Numbered from the whole stretch's first letter, positions 20,177 through 30,498 are shown. The stretch: 60,371 nucleotides of DNA, filler included, from 7 parts of 7 records of this genome joined end to end with filler, not necessarily neighbours in it, one strand, 5' to 3'. The notes: generated from the sequence alone by a model not told the origin. Numbers and translations are program-made.

Positions 20177-21451
20177 TCACCGATCGATTGCTCGCCAACC
20201 GATGTCACGGCGGCAAAACCCTTCGGGCCAATCGATCTTGTCGATGGCGGCATAAGCCCTTTTCTGAGCTTCGACTACGTTCTTGCCAAGCGCCGTGACG
20301 TTCAGCACGCGCCCACCGGCGGCCAGAAACGTACCGTTCTTGGCCTCGGTTCCGGCGTGAAAAACGGTAACACCGGGCATCTTGTTGGCTTCTTCAAGGC
20401 CGTGGATTTCGGTACCCGTCTGATATTTTCCCGGATATCCCTTGGCCGCCATGACCACAGTCAAAGCCGCATCGGACCGCCATTGCAACTTCACTTTGTC
20501 GAGTTTGCCGTCAACGCAGGCGACAAGGGCCTCCAGCAGATCGGATTTAAGTCGCAACATCAGCGGTTGGCATTCGGGATCGCCGAAACGCACATTGTAT
20601 TCCAGAAGTTTCGGTTCACCATTGGCGTCGATCATCAATCCTGCGTACAGGACGCCCTTGTACGGAGCCCCTTCGGCGGCCATGCCTTCGATCGTCGGCG
20701 TGATGATCGTATCCATCACCTTTTTGGTCATCGCCTTGGTCACCACGGGGGCCGGCGTATAGGCCCCCATGCCGCCGGTGTTCGGCCCTTCGTCACCGTC
20801 ATAGGCCGCTTTGTGATCTTGCGCCGAAACCAACGGCACTGCATGCTCGCCATCGACCAGAACGAAAATGCTGGCCTCTTCACCGGTCAGAAATTCTTCG
20901 ATGATAACCTCGTCACCGGCGGCGCCGAAGGCGCGCTCGGTCATTATATGATCGATGGCGGCGTAGGCTTCGTGCTCGTTGCGGCAAAGAATGACCCCCT
21001 TGCCAGCGGCCAGGCCATCCGCCTTCACGACAATCGGGGCGCCCTTGCGTCGAATGAACTCCTTGGCCGAATCGGGCTCGTCGAAACGTCCGAACCCGGC
21101 CGTCGGAATTCCATATTTTTCGCACAGGTCTTTCATGAAGGCCTTGGATCCTTCAAGCGCTGCCGCCGCCGCGGTTGGTCCAAAAGCGCGAATGCCGACG
21201 GCTTCCAGCCTATCGACCAATCCCGCGACCAACGGCACCTCGGGACCGACAACGACCAAGCCGATCTTGTTTTCCTGGGCGAACTCAACAATTCCGCCGA
21301 CATCTTCGGCCTTCAGGGGGATGCATTCGGCAATCTCGTCGATTCCGGCATTTCCGGGGGCGCAAAACAGTTTCTTGCACTTTGGAGATTTGGCAATCGC
21401 CCAACAAAGTGAGTGTTCCCGGCCACCGGATCCTACGACCAAGACCTTCAT
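20177..21451 (-). CDS. purD: Phosphoribosylamine-glycine ligase
   Basis: GSGGREH, APGNAG, KADGLAAGKGV, QDHK, GPNTGGMGAY, EYNVRFGDPE. Confidence 0.97.
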   Translation of the reverse strand: MKVLVVGSGGREHSLCWAIAKSPKCKKLFCAPGNAGIDEIAECIPLKAEDVGGIVEFAQENKIGLVVVGPEVPLVAGLVDRLEAVGIRAFGPTAAAAALEGSKAFMKDLCEKYGIPTAGFGRFDEPDSAKEFIRRKGAPIVVKADGLAAGKGVILCRNEHEAYAAIDHIMTERAFGAAGDEVIIEEFLTGEEASIFVLVDGEHAVPLVSAQDHKAAYDGDEGPNTGGMGAYTPAPVVTKAMTKKVMDTIITPTIEGMAAEGAPYKGVLYAGLMIDANGEPKLLEYNVRFGDPECQPLMLRLKSDLLEALVACVDGKLDKVKLQWRSDAALTVVMAAKGYPGKYQTGTEIHGLEEANKMPGVTVFHAGTEAKNGTFLAAGGRVLNVTALGKNVVEAQKRAYAAIDKIDWPEGFCRRDIGWRAIDR

Positions 21452-21513
21452 GCCTACCCTTCCCATCATTCGATCATGTTGCCGCAACGTCGGCGAATGT
21501 GGATACTCCGCCT

Positions 21514-22971
21514 ATGACTGAGACCTTACCCAACGCCGGGGCCGATCACAACCTAACGGTTTTTTCGGTGGCCGAGATTTCCCAGGCCTTGAAAACCACG
21601 GTCGAGGAAACATTCGCCTGGGTGCGCGTTCGCGGCGAAGTATCCGGTTTCAAGCGGGCCGCATCGGGACACCTGTATCTGGCCCTCAAGGACGAAGAAG
21701 CCGTTCTCGATGCGGTTTGCTGGCGCGGAACCGCAGGACGCCTGGGCGTATCGCCGGAAGACGGCATGGAAGTCATCGTCACCGGCCGGCTTACGACCTA
21801 CGTCGGTCGGTCGAAATACCAGATCGTTATCGAAGCGATGGAGATCGCCGGCGAAGGCGCTCTACTCAAACTCCTTGAGGACAGAAAGAAAAAGCTGGCC
21901 GCCGAGGGACTTTTCGACGAGGAACTTAAGCAACCCATCCCGTTTCTGCCCCAGGTGATCGGAGTCGTCACGTCATCGACCGGCGCCGTCATCCGCGATA
22001 TCCTTCATCGGCTGAACGATCGTTTTCCGGTTCGGGTTTTGTTGTGGCCGGTATTGGTTCAGGGAAATGACGCAGCCGATCAGATTTCAGCTGCCATCGA
22101 TGGTTTCAACTGCCTGCCAATGGGCGGCTCCATACCCCGCCCGGATATACTGATTGTCGCTCGCGGCGGTGGCAGCATCGAGGACTTGTGGTCGTTCAAC
22201 GAGGAAAATGTCATCAGATCCGCCGCCAACAGTGACATTCCGCTGATCTCGGCGGTCGGTCACGAAACAGACTTTACGCTGATCGATTTCGTTGCTGATC
22301 TGCGTGCACCGACGCCAACCGCAGCGGCTGAAATGTCTGTGCCGGTTCGATTGGATCTGTTGGCACAGGTCATGGACGATGGAACCCGCATCATCAGTGC
22401 CGTCAATCGCCTATTGGCGGATCGCGATCAAAAACTTTCCGGACTTGCGCGGGGCCTTCCCAACCTGAGCCGCCTGACCGAGGATTCATCGCAACGGCTT
22501 GACGATTGGTCGGAACGATTGGCCAATAGTCTGCGCACCGGCCTCGAACGTCGGCATGCGATGTTGGCGGAACTGGAGGCCAGGTTGCCTCTGCCAACGG
22601 CCCAATTGGCAATCGCCGCATCAATGCTGCATTCCGAAACGCGCGCCCTTCGAACAGCAGCCCGGGCGGCAATCAGCCAGGCGGAATCCAGGTTCTCACG
22701 TTTTGCCGCTCTTCTCGAAAGCTGCTCCTACGCTCGTGTTCTGGAACGCGGATTTGCCCTCGCCACTTCTTCGGATGGTCGCTTGGTTTCCTCAGCCAAG
22801 TCCCTCAAACCCGGAGATGAGCTATCCCTGACCTTCCATGACGGCGGCACCGGCGTCACGGTCGACCAAATCGACGGCGGCACCCAAAGCACAAAAAAAA
22901 GGTCCCGCCGGTCTACCGCCACAAAGAAACCGGCGGCAAAAAAGGAAGATCGGCAAGGAAAGCTCCTATGA
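21514..22971 (+). CDS. xseA: Exodeoxyribonuclease VII large subunit
   Basis: VRGEVSG, SGHLY, TGAVIRDI, RGGGSIEDLWSFNEE, SAVGHETD, APTPTAAAE. Confidence 0.96.
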   Translation: MTETLPNAGADHNLTVFSVAEISQALKTTVEETFAWVRVRGEVSGFKRAASGHLYLALKDEEAVLDAVCWRGTAGRLGVSPEDGMEVIVTGRLTTYVGRSKYQIVIEAMEIAGEGALLKLLEDRKKKLAAEGLFDEELKQPIPFLPQVIGVVTSSTGAVIRDILHRLNDRFPVRVLLWPVLVQGNDAADQISAAIDGFNCLPMGGSIPRPDILIVARGGGSIEDLWSFNEENVIRSAANSDIPLISAVGHETDFTLIDFVADLRAPTPTAAAEMSVPVRLDLLAQVMDDGTRIISAVNRLLADRDQKLSGLARGLPNLSRLTEDSSQRLDDWSERLANSLRTGLERRHAMLAELEARLPLPTAQLAIAASMLHSETRALRTAARAAISQAESRFSRFAALLESCSYARVLERGFALATSSDGRLVSSAKSLKPGDELSLTFHDGGTGVTVDQIDGGTQSTKKRSRRSTATKKPAAKKEDRQGKLL

Positions 22972-23798
22972 TTCGCTACAAGCAGGCATTCTTCGCCATT
23001 CTTTTCGTCCTCGCCATGTCTCCGAAAGCGGGCCAGGCGATCGAGCTGTCTGTGACCGGCGATCTGGTCCAGGGCGGCCTGGCCTTCGGACGTACTGTTC
23101 CCGGAGCCATTGTCGAAGTTGATGGAAACCGAGTTCGGGTATCCGAAAACGGCGATTTTCTGATGGGATTCGGCCGCGATGCCCCTGACATCGTCACCGT
23201 TCGCGTTCAAAAACCGGGAGGGACTTCGGATACGCAAACAATCTCCGTCACAGCGCGGCAATTCCCGACCCAGAGGATCGACGGGCTTCCCCCGAAGCAA
23301 GTCACGCCAGACGCGGAGGTTCTCAAGCGCATCCGTGCCGAGGGAGCGCTCATCAAAGCGGCCCGAACCAAGGATTCCCCCGGCTTGATGTTCCGGTCCG
23401 GTTTTATCTGGCCGGTCCAGGGGATCGTTTCGGGCGTTTTCGGCAGCCAAAGAATTCTTAACGGCCAGCCCCGAGCCCCGCACAGCGGCGTAGATATCGC
23501 GGCGCCGACGGGAACGCCTGTCGTCTCATGTGCCGACGGGGTGGTTTCCCTGGTTCATCCCGACATGTTCTACACCGGGAAATCTGTGATGATCGATCAC
23601 GGGTTCGGCCTCGCCTCGGTCTATATCCATATGAGCGAAATCCTCGTCGAAGAAGGGCAAAGGGTTTCCCAGGGCACACCGATCGGCAAGGCCGGTTCCA
23701 GTGGACGGGCGACGGGGCCCCATCTGCATTGGGGAATCAGCCTTTTTCAAACCCGGCTCGATCCCGCCCTTCTGGTCCCACCCATGCCGGTTCAATAG
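22968..23798 (+). CDS. M23 family metallopeptidase
   Basis: HSGVD and GPHLHW motifs; signal peptide. Confidence 0.9.
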   Translation: MIRYKQAFFAILFVLAMSPKAGQAIELSVTGDLVQGGLAFGRTVPGAIVEVDGNRVRVSENGDFLMGFGRDAPDIVTVRVQKPGGTSDTQTISVTARQFPTQRIDGLPPKQVTPDAEVLKRIRAEGALIKAARTKDSPGLMFRSGFIWPVQGIVSGVFGSQRILNGQPRAPHSGVDIAAPTGTPVVSCADGVVSLVHPDMFYTGKSVMIDHGFGLASVYIHMSEILVEEGQRVSQGTPIGKAGSSGRATGPHLHWGISLFQTRLDPALLVPPMPVQ

Positions 23799-23807
23799 TA
23801 AGAATAG

Positions 23808-24908
23808 ATGAAAGACGCGATAAAAACCGAGGAACACGGCCGTTGGGCAACGCGGATTCTCAAGCTGTTGGCCATCAATCTGGGAATTCTGTTTGCCGGC
23901 CTGATCGCCACCGAAGTCGTTTTCGGCGGATGGATATTCGGCGAAAATTACGGCGCCATGCCGATCCCAAAAGACTTCAAGCGCCGTTTCGATGTTGAAC
24001 AGCTTTATGGCGAATCCACCAGTCATTTCGTTCGCGACGAACATGGTCTGCGAGGCACATATCCGTCCCCGTCCGAAATCGACATCCTGACGATCGGCGG
24101 CAGCACAACCAACGAATTGTTTATTTCGGAAGGCCAGACCTGGAGCGACATACTGGCAAAAGCCGCTGCCGAAGATGGCCGTCCGTGGGTCGTTGTAAAC
24201 GCCGGTATCGACGGACAGTCGACGATCGGACATCTTAAAAACTTCGAGCTCTGGTTCCCGAAAATTCCGGATCTTCGTTTCCGGTATGTGTTGGCCTATC
24301 TGGGCATCAATGACCTCGGCGTTGCGATGTCCGGAAAACTGACGAAATGGGACCGCATGACGGACAACCGACGCAGCCTCAAGCGCTACTTCCTGAACAA
24401 CAGCGCGCTGTATACTCTCTTCCGGAATATTCGTGGAATGGTTCGGGCGCGCAATGCTCGCTTGATCCACACAATGGACAACTACAGCGGATCCGAATGG
24501 CGGCTTCCCGATCGCCAACCGGATATCGCGGTTGCCCATGCTAAATTCACTGACCATTTGATCGACTATGCGAAGAGGCTCCGGGTATTTGCAGACCTTA
24601 TTCGTGAATGGGGAGGCGACCCCATTTTTGTCACCCAACACCGATCGGGGTACCGGATTCGCAACGGTCAGGTCCTTGGGCGGGTTCTGAAAGACGGAAG
24701 TGTCGATCTGGGACTATATGCAGAATTGGCGGCGTTCAACCAGGTGACCATGGCCACATGCCAAGAAGTGGACGCGATTTGCATCGATCTCGCGGGCGAG
24801 CTTTTTTTCGAGGATGGCGATCACTATGACGCCCTTCACACAACGCCACGGGGTTCCGAGAAAATCGGGCGTTTTCTCTATAGAAAGCTCCGGGATGCCA
24901 TCCGCTAA
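23808..24908 (+). CDS. SGNH/GDSL hydrolase, membrane-anchored
   Basis: GGSTT, NAGIDG, GINDL and DALH blocks. Confidence 0.8.
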   Translation: MKDAIKTEEHGRWATRILKLLAINLGILFAGLIATEVVFGGWIFGENYGAMPIPKDFKRRFDVEQLYGESTSHFVRDEHGLRGTYPSPSEIDILTIGGSTTNELFISEGQTWSDILAKAAAEDGRPWVVVNAGIDGQSTIGHLKNFELWFPKIPDLRFRYVLAYLGINDLGVAMSGKLTKWDRMTDNRRSLKRYFLNNSALYTLFRNIRGMVRARNARLIHTMDNYSGSEWRLPDRQPDIAVAHAKFTDHLIDYAKRLRVFADLIREWGGDPIFVTQHRSGYRIRNGQVLGRVLKDGSVDLGLYAELAAFNQVTMATCQEVDAICIDLAGELFFEDGDHYDALHTTPRGSEKIGRFLYRKLRDAIR

Positions 24909-25053
24909 GCCTGCCGACCAATGAAATTGAAAAGATTACGCACCCGCGTGAAAAACTGTCGACAACGATTTGCCATGATTATTTCCTTGAACCACAGCGG
25001 GCAAACGACCACTATGAAATGAGAGTAATTCCTATTTTCAGGGAGTAGTCGCG

Positions 25054-25239
25054 ATGCAGATCATTACCAAAGCATTTTTGTCGGCGGTCGCCGCGGCGCT
25101 TTTTGTCTCGGTTTCCGTCACCTCGGCTTTCGCTTGTTCCGATGGGTATGGCAAGACGGTTTGGATTCCTGGCTCACAATCGGTTGCAGACAGTTCCTCT
25201 CCACTTCCGCCGGTCACGAAACCCGGAACTGACGGCTGA
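25054..25239 (+). CDS. Small secreted peptide (61 aa)
   Basis: RBS AGGGAG; signal peptide ending AFA, followed by Cys; has its own terminator. Confidence 0.6.
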   Translation: MQIITKAFLSAVAAALFVSVSVTSAFACSDGYGKTVWIPGSQSVADSSSPLPPVTKPGTDG

Positions 25240-25273
25240 CACACACCCTCTATACCCCTTGATTGTCATTGAG

Positions 25274-25304
25274 ATGGCCGGGAATTCCCGGCCATTTCTT
25301 TTTT
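25274..25304 (+). terminator. Intrinsic terminator
   Basis: ATGGCCGGG-AATT-CCCGGCCAT hairpin followed by a T-rich tract. Confidence 0.75.
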
Positions 25305-25325
25305 CCCGCGTTTTTCCTCGGCAGC

Positions 25326-26225
25326 TCAATCCGGCCACCGATTGTGCAGCCACAGCCATTGTTCCGGCGTCTCTCTGACCCATCCTTCGATGATCCGGTT
25401 GACTTCCGTCATCATCGCCATCACGTCTTTTTGCCGATCACCGGTCGCTTGGATTTCCAACGGCGCCTCGGCGACGAAGCGAAAATGCGCCCCCTTCAGA
25501 CGCTCGACCCGCGCCGGAACAACGGGACAATCGAACTTGAGAGCCAATTCCGCGAGAGCCGGCGCCGTCATCGCGTCACGGCCAAAGAACGGCACGGCAA
25601 TTCCGTCGTTCATCTTCTGGTCGACCAGAATTCCCAGGTGGTTTCCCTTCTTCAGGGAATTCAGCAACGGCCTCACCCCGGCAGGTCCCTTAGGGATCAG
25701 CGCGCCCTCGACCGCAGCCCGCCCACGACGATAGAGCCATTCAACCATTCGGTTGTTGGCGGCGCGGTAAATCCGATCCAAGGGAAGGCCGCGTTGGGTC
25801 GCGCCCAGCGAAATGATTTCCCAATTGCCGATATGGGCAGAAAAAAAGATCCCGGGCTTTCCATCATCTCGCAACAAGTCGGCGTATTCACCGCCAATCA
25901 CCTCGACCCTGCTGTCAGGGCCGTAGATATCGAATTCAGACAAGTGTGGGTATTCGGCGGCAACGCGCCCAAGATGATCCCACATTCCGCGGACGATCCG
26001 ATCGACACCGCCGCGATCCATATCAGGGAATGCCTTCGACAGATTTCTGACCGCGCGGCGTGAAATCCCGAGACGCGGACCAATGGTGCGCCCGACCCAG
26101 CCACCCAGTGCCGAGGCGGCATCCAATGGCAGGAACTTGAAAAACATATAGAGAATGAACGCCGCTACCGCTTCGACAGGATGCAGAAACGAGCGTTTCG
26201 ACATTGGTGGATTAATCAGAGCCAT
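25326..26225 (-). CDS. lpxL: Lipid A lauroyl/myristoyl acyltransferase (LpxL/HtrB family)
   Basis: AHIGNWE, LVDQK, VPFFG, PEQWLWLHNRW. Confidence 0.9.
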   Translation of the reverse strand: MALINPPMSKRSFLHPVEAVAAFILYMFFKFLPLDAASALGGWVGRTIGPRLGISRRAVRNLSKAFPDMDRGGVDRIVRGMWDHLGRVAAEYPHLSEFDIYGPDSRVEVIGGEYADLLRDDGKPGIFFSAHIGNWEIISLGATQRGLPLDRIYRAANNRMVEWLYRRGRAAVEGALIPKGPAGVRPLLNSLKKGNHLGILVDQKMNDGIAVPFFGRDAMTAPALAELALKFDCPVVPARVERLKGAHFRFVAEAPLEIQATGDRQKDVMAMMTEVNRIIEGWVRETPEQWLWLHNRWPD

Positions 26226-26228
26226 AGG

Positions 26229-27224
26229 TCAATTTCGCAAAAGCTGGTCAATCAGGCCACTCAAAGCGGCTTCGTCCTCCCACTCGACATGGATTGTCAA
26301 GACCCGAATGGATTCGCGGACCTCCGTTGGCAACCGTTCGGCATCCTTTGCCGTCGTCACAGCGATCGCGTTTTCACGTTTCGCGATCGCCAGGATGCGC
26401 GACAATTCCTTCGGTCGGTATTCGTGATGATCGTCGAAAGAATGGGTTTCGGCAATCCTGCATCCAAGCGTTTCCAACGAAACGAAGAGCTTTCTGGGAT
26501 CGCCGATGCCGGCAAAGGCGACAACCGTCTTTCCGGCCAAGGTTCTGGCTTCGGCGTCGGGTTTGAGGTGAGCGCGAAGAATCGGGAACTCGGTCCCGGC
26601 AATGGATTGCACCTGGTCCACGATCCCGCGTCCGCGTCCGCCTCCGCCCAGCAGAACGAGCGCGTCCGCCCTTTTCAAACCGGCCGAAACGGGTTCGCGC
26701 AACGGTCCCGCCGGGATCACCCGCCCATTGCCGAAACCACGTCTCGAATCGACGACAAGCAGGGAACAATTCTTAGCCACGGTCGGGTTTTGGAATCCGT
26801 CATCCATGACGACAATACCGGCGCCGTCCGCCACCGCTGCCCGGCACCCGGTACCCCGATCACGCGCGATCCATGTCGGAGCCAACTTGGCCAGCATCAT
26901 GGGTTCGTCACCGACATCCCGAAAACTGTGGCATTCGGGATCCACCCGAACCGGTCCCGGCAATCTTCCACGATAGCCGCGTGAGAGAAAATGCACGGCC
27001 GCCCCACGGGCCAATAGGCGCTCTCCGATATCCACTGCAATCGGGGTTTTTCCGGCCCCACCAGCCACGAGGTTCCCGACGCAGATGACAGGCACACCGG
27101 CTGAAACGGGGCGCACCGATTCGAAACGGCGCCGGACCACGCGGCCATAGACCCACGAGACCGGAGCGAGAACTCCGGCCCAAGAACTTGGCTCACTTTT
27201 CCACCAGAATTCAGGCGGCTGCAT
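26229..27224 (-). CDS. lpxK: Tetraacyldisaccharide 4'-kinase
   Basis: VGNLVAGGAGKTP, LSRGY, VGDEP, MDDGFQ, PAGPLRE, DHH, TTAKD. Confidence 0.95.
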   Translation of the reverse strand: MQPPEFWWKSEPSSWAGVLAPVSWVYGRVVRRRFESVRPVSAGVPVICVGNLVAGGAGKTPIAVDIGERLLARGAAVHFLSRGYRGRLPGPVRVDPECHSFRDVGDEPMMLAKLAPTWIARDRGTGCRAAVADGAGIVVMDDGFQNPTVAKNCSLLVVDSRRGFGNGRVIPAGPLREPVSAGLKRADALVLLGGGGRGRGIVDQVQSIAGTEFPILRAHLKPDAEARTLAGKTVVAFAGIGDPRKLFVSLETLGCRIAETHSFDDHHEYRPKELSRILAIAKRENAIAVTTAKDAERLPTEVRESIRVLTIHVEWEDEAALSGLIDQLLRN

Positions 27225-28506
27225 TGCCGCCTCCCGTCCTGATAGTGGGCAACAAAACCGGTGAAATCCGTTCCACAACACGCTCAAGAACGCCCGCTTC
27301 CGCTTCAACATAGGCTATTCCTGCCGCACTCATGGCTTCCCTCATGCCTTCTTCGGCAAACAAGTTCGCAAGCGTAGCCCGAAGTTGTTCGGAGTCCGAC
27401 GTTTCGATCGCGGCGCCGGCATCGACCATGCGACGAGCCATATCACGGAAGTTCGTCATGTGCGGACCAAACAGGGTCGGGCAGCCCAGACAAGCGGCTT
27501 CAAACGGATTTTGCCCTCCTAACGGCACCAATGATTTACCGATGAAGGAAACTTCGGCCAATCGGTAGAACAGCCCCAACTCGCCGATGGTATCGGCGAC
27601 ATAAACATCGGTTTCTCCGTCGATCGCCTGATCCGCGGACCGCAAGGAAACGGAAAGCCCCCGCTGCGCCAGTGTGTCGGCGATTTCCCTACCCCTCTGC
27701 GGGTGGCGCGGAACGATGACGGTCAGGACTTCAGGCAAGGCAGTGCTCAAATTCCGATGAATATTCCCGCAGATCTCTTCTTCCCCGGCATGGGTGCTGG
27801 CGGCCAGCCAGACCCGGCGGCCCGCCATCACGCTTGTCAAATCCTGCAGCTTCTTCGGATCTACCGGCAGGGGCGGTGCCGCGTATTTCAGGTTTCCCGG
27901 GCAGGTTGCCGCCTCCGCCCCCAGGATACGCAGTCGCTCGGCATCCGTTTCCGTCTGCCCCATGCAAAGCGCAAAGCCATCCAATATCCGGGCAATCGTT
28001 TTCGGATACCGTCGCCAACGGGCGAATGACCGATCCGAAATTCGGCCGTTTATCAGAATGATCGGAACGCCCTTCGCAGACGTCTCGATCACCAGGTTGG
28101 GCCAGAACTCGGATTCCGCCCACAGCACCGCGTCGGGACGCCAATGGTCCAAAAAACGGCGGACAAAGGGGATTCGATCGACGGGTATGAACTGATGGAA
28201 AGCCCCAATCGGAAGCCGTTCCTTCATCAACCGCGCCGAAGTGACCGTCCCCGATGTCACCAGAACAGACGGTTTCGGCTCCAATACCATCACCCGTTCG
28301 ATCAACGGCAGGATCGACAGGCACTCCCCGACGCTCGCTGCGTGAACCCATATCAACGGCCCATCGGGTCTTTTCAGGCTTGGTTTTCCAAGCCGTTCAC
28401 CGAATCGCTCGGGATCTTCCTTGCCGCGCCGAAGGCGCAACGACAGGTAGGCGCGGATAAGCGGTCCGCCCAGTGTCGTTGTCATCCGGTACAACGGCAA
28501 CATCAT
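27211..28506 (-). CDS. waaA: Kdo transferase
   Basis: WVHAASVGE, ESEFWPN, GNLK, AASTH, VPRHPQR, DTIGEL, GGQNPFE. Confidence 0.95.
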   Translation of the reverse strand: MMLPLYRMTTTLGGPLIRAYLSLRLRRGKEDPERFGERLGKPSLKRPDGPLIWVHAASVGECLSILPLIERVMVLEPKPSVLVTSGTVTSARLMKERLPIGAFHQFIPVDRIPFVRRFLDHWRPDAVLWAESEFWPNLVIETSAKGVPIILINGRISDRSFARWRRYPKTIARILDGFALCMGQTETDAERLRILGAEAATCPGNLKYAAPPLPVDPKKLQDLTSVMAGRRVWLAASTHAGEEEICGNIHRNLSTALPEVLTVIVPRHPQRGREIADTLAQRGLSVSLRSADQAIDGETDVYVADTIGELGLFYRLAEVSFIGKSLVPLGGQNPFEAACLGCPTLFGPHMTNFRDMARRMVDAGAAIETSDSEQLRATLANLFAEEGMREAMSAAGIAYVEAEAGVLERVVERISPVLLPTIRTGGGNAAA

Positions 28507-29222
28507 CCCGGAATCTCCGGCCCATTGGACACTGCCAATTTGGGCGGTTCGCTTCCAACCAGCCGATCGGCTTCGTCGGTGATGGCATTGAGACCGTCTT
28601 CGACCTTTTGGCGGGCGGTCTCAAGTGCTTTCGCATCGGCTTCCCGAGGAACGTAGATCGGCTCTCCCCACACATAGACGCCGCGCCCGAATGGCAAGGC
28701 CACAACCAGTCGGTCCCATGTATTCAGAACCTTGCGCCGGCTGACCGCATAGGTGATGGGCACGATCGGGGCACCGGACAACCGTGCGATGCCGATGATG
28801 CCGTCGCTGACCTGAAAGCCGGGACCGTGCGGGCCATCCGGCGTAATGCCGACACAGCCTCCTTCCTTCAGCGCACGCAGGAAAGTGCGCAGCGCCTTGC
28901 CGCCCCCCTTCTTGGTCGTTCCGAAAACATTACGAACGCCGAAATGCCGCACCGTATGGGCGATCAGCATGCCATCCCGGTGTTCGGAATGAAGCATGTA
29001 GATCGGCACGGAATAGTCCCAACAGGCCGGCATCATCAACAGGCGCGCATGCCAGAAACAGGCTATGAAGGGCTCGCCCCTATCCCACAGATTGCGGGCG
29101 ATTTCGCCGCGCACCGTCGACCACCGACTGGTCAACAGAACGAAACGGATGTAGCGCGCGCCAAACCAGCACAGGACGCGGCGCACCCTATCGTTGCCGA
29201 ATATGCGCTTTGTCAGCTTCAT
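28503..29222 (-). CDS. DUF374 lysophospholipid acyltransferase family protein
   Basis: CFWHAR, SEHRDG, ITPDGPHGP, WDRLVVALPF. Confidence 0.88.
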   Translation of the reverse strand: MKLTKRIFGNDRVRRVLCWFGARYIRFVLLTSRWSTVRGEIARNLWDRGEPFIACFWHARLLMMPACWDYSVPIYMLHSEHRDGMLIAHTVRHFGVRNVFGTTKKGGGKALRTFLRALKEGGCVGITPDGPHGPGFQVSDGIIGIARLSGAPIVPITYAVSRRKVLNTWDRLVVALPFGRGVYVWGEPIYVPREADAKALETARQKVEDGLNAITDEADRLVGSEPPKLAVSNGPEIPG

Positions 29223-29243
29223 GGGCGGTCTGGTCCCAACCGA

Positions 29244-29862
29244 CTATGCCGGTGTCGCAATGCCGGCATCGGTACCGTTTTGCTCGGCGAACTGAAGCCA
29301 ATAGAGCTTGGCGTACGCGCCGTCACGATCCAGCAATTCGGCGTGGGTCCCCGATTCCAGGATGCGTCCGTCATCGATCACATAAATCAGATCGGCATCG
29401 ACGACGGTCGACAACCGGTGCGCAATCACCAGCGTCGTGCGGCCGGTCATCAGCGTCTTCAAGGCGACCTGGACCTGGCGCTCCGATTCCGTATCGAGCG
29501 CCGAAGTCGCCTCGTCCAACAGCAGGATGGGGGCATTTTTCAGCATCGCCCTGGCAATCGCCAGGCGCTGACGCTGTCCACCCGACAGCTTGACCCCCTG
29601 TTCACCAACCACCGTGTCATAGCCTTCCGGCAGCGCCAAAATGAACTCATGCGCCGCCGCATTGCGCGCCGCCGCGACGATCTCTTCCTCGGTCGCTCCG
29701 GCCCGGCCATAGGCGATATTGGCGCGTACGGTGTCGTCGAACAGCATGACTTCCTGACTGACCAGGGCAATCCCGGCATGCAGCGAATCCATGGTCACGT
29801 CGCGCACGTCCGTTCCGTCGATGATAACACGTCCGATATCGACGTCGTAAAAGCGGGGAATG
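29244..29862 (-). CDS. msbA: Lipid A flippase MsbA-type ABC transporter, C-terminal ATPase (5'-truncated)
   Basis: [25 protein letters not shown]; directly upstream of waaA/lpxK. Confidence 0.85.
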
Positions 29863-29962
29863 NNNNNNNNNNNNNNNNNNNNNNNNNNNNNNNNNNNNNN
29901 NNNNNNTTAATTAATTAANNNNNNNNNNNNNNNNNNNNNNNNNNNNNNNNNNNNNNNNNNNN

Positions 29963-30256
29963 GGGTTTTTCAAAGTAGACCCGCATGACAAGATAGAGCT
30001 GATCCTCCACCCGGCGGCTGAGCGCCCGGAGCTTTTCGGCATACTCCAGGGCGGCCTCGTCGTCATGGATGGAGCAGGGGCCGGTGATCACCAGCATGCG
30101 CTTGTCCTCCCTGCGCAGAATTTTCTCAATGGTCGCCCGGCTGGATATAACCGTGGCAACATCCGTTTCCGTCATGGGCAGCTCCTGTTTCAGGGCGCTG
30201 GGGGCAATCAGGGGCTCAAACGATTCCACATTTACATCATAGGACTGTTGTTTCAT
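29963..30256 (-). CDS. Class I-alpha DAHP synthase (AroF/G/H type), 3'-truncated
   Basis: MKQQSYDVNV...GPCSIHD...VMRVYFEKP; RBS AGGAG before the ATG at 30256. Confidence 0.93.
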
Positions 30257-30284
30257 GGTACGGTCTCCTAAGAATTGGTTAAAC

Positions 30285-30321
30285 AAAAAAGGCCATGGAG
30301 CAGGAGCTTCTCCACGGCCTT
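30285..30321 (-). terminator. Second (downstream) terminator hairpin in the DAHP synthase leader
   Basis: Minus strand AGGCCGTGGAG-AAGCTCCTG-CTCCATGGCC followed by TTTTTT. Confidence 0.8.
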
Positions 30322-30326
30322 GAAAT

Positions 30327-30358
30327 AAAAAAGCCGTGGGAGGGTTGCCCACGGCTTT
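30327..30358 (-). terminator. First attenuator terminator hairpin
   Basis: Minus strand AAAGCCGTGGG-CAACCCT-CCCACGGC followed by TTTTTT. Confidence 0.85.
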
Positions 30359-30384
30359 GATTGCTTTGTTCTGTCAATAAGAGT

Positions 30385-30456
30385 TCAGCTCACCCCGGGC
30401 GGACGTGTGGTGTAAAAATAATACCAGAAATAAACGTTCGCAAAAAACCGGGACAT
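30385..30456 (-). CDS. Aromatic amino-acid attenuator leader peptide MSRFFANVYFWYYFYTTRPPGVS
   Basis: Manual translation: 23 aa with 4 Phe, 4 Tyr and 1 Trp, seven of them consecutive; RBS AGAGGA; precedes the terminators and DAHP synthase. Confidence 0.9.
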   Translation of the reverse strand: MSRFFANVYFWYYFYTTRPPGVS

Positions 30457-30498
30457 GTAAGTGATCCTCTCTATGGTTGTGTTTAGGTTCAGTATTTG

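Noticed and set aside
16274-29862. Alphaproteobacterial contig as a source of novel systems
   Set aside because: Mostly standard housekeeping and lipid A genes in their usual order.
29915-30352. ORF-track N-terminal extension of DAHP synthase from 30352
   Set aside because: The extension reads through the terminator hairpins; the RBS-supported start is at 30256.
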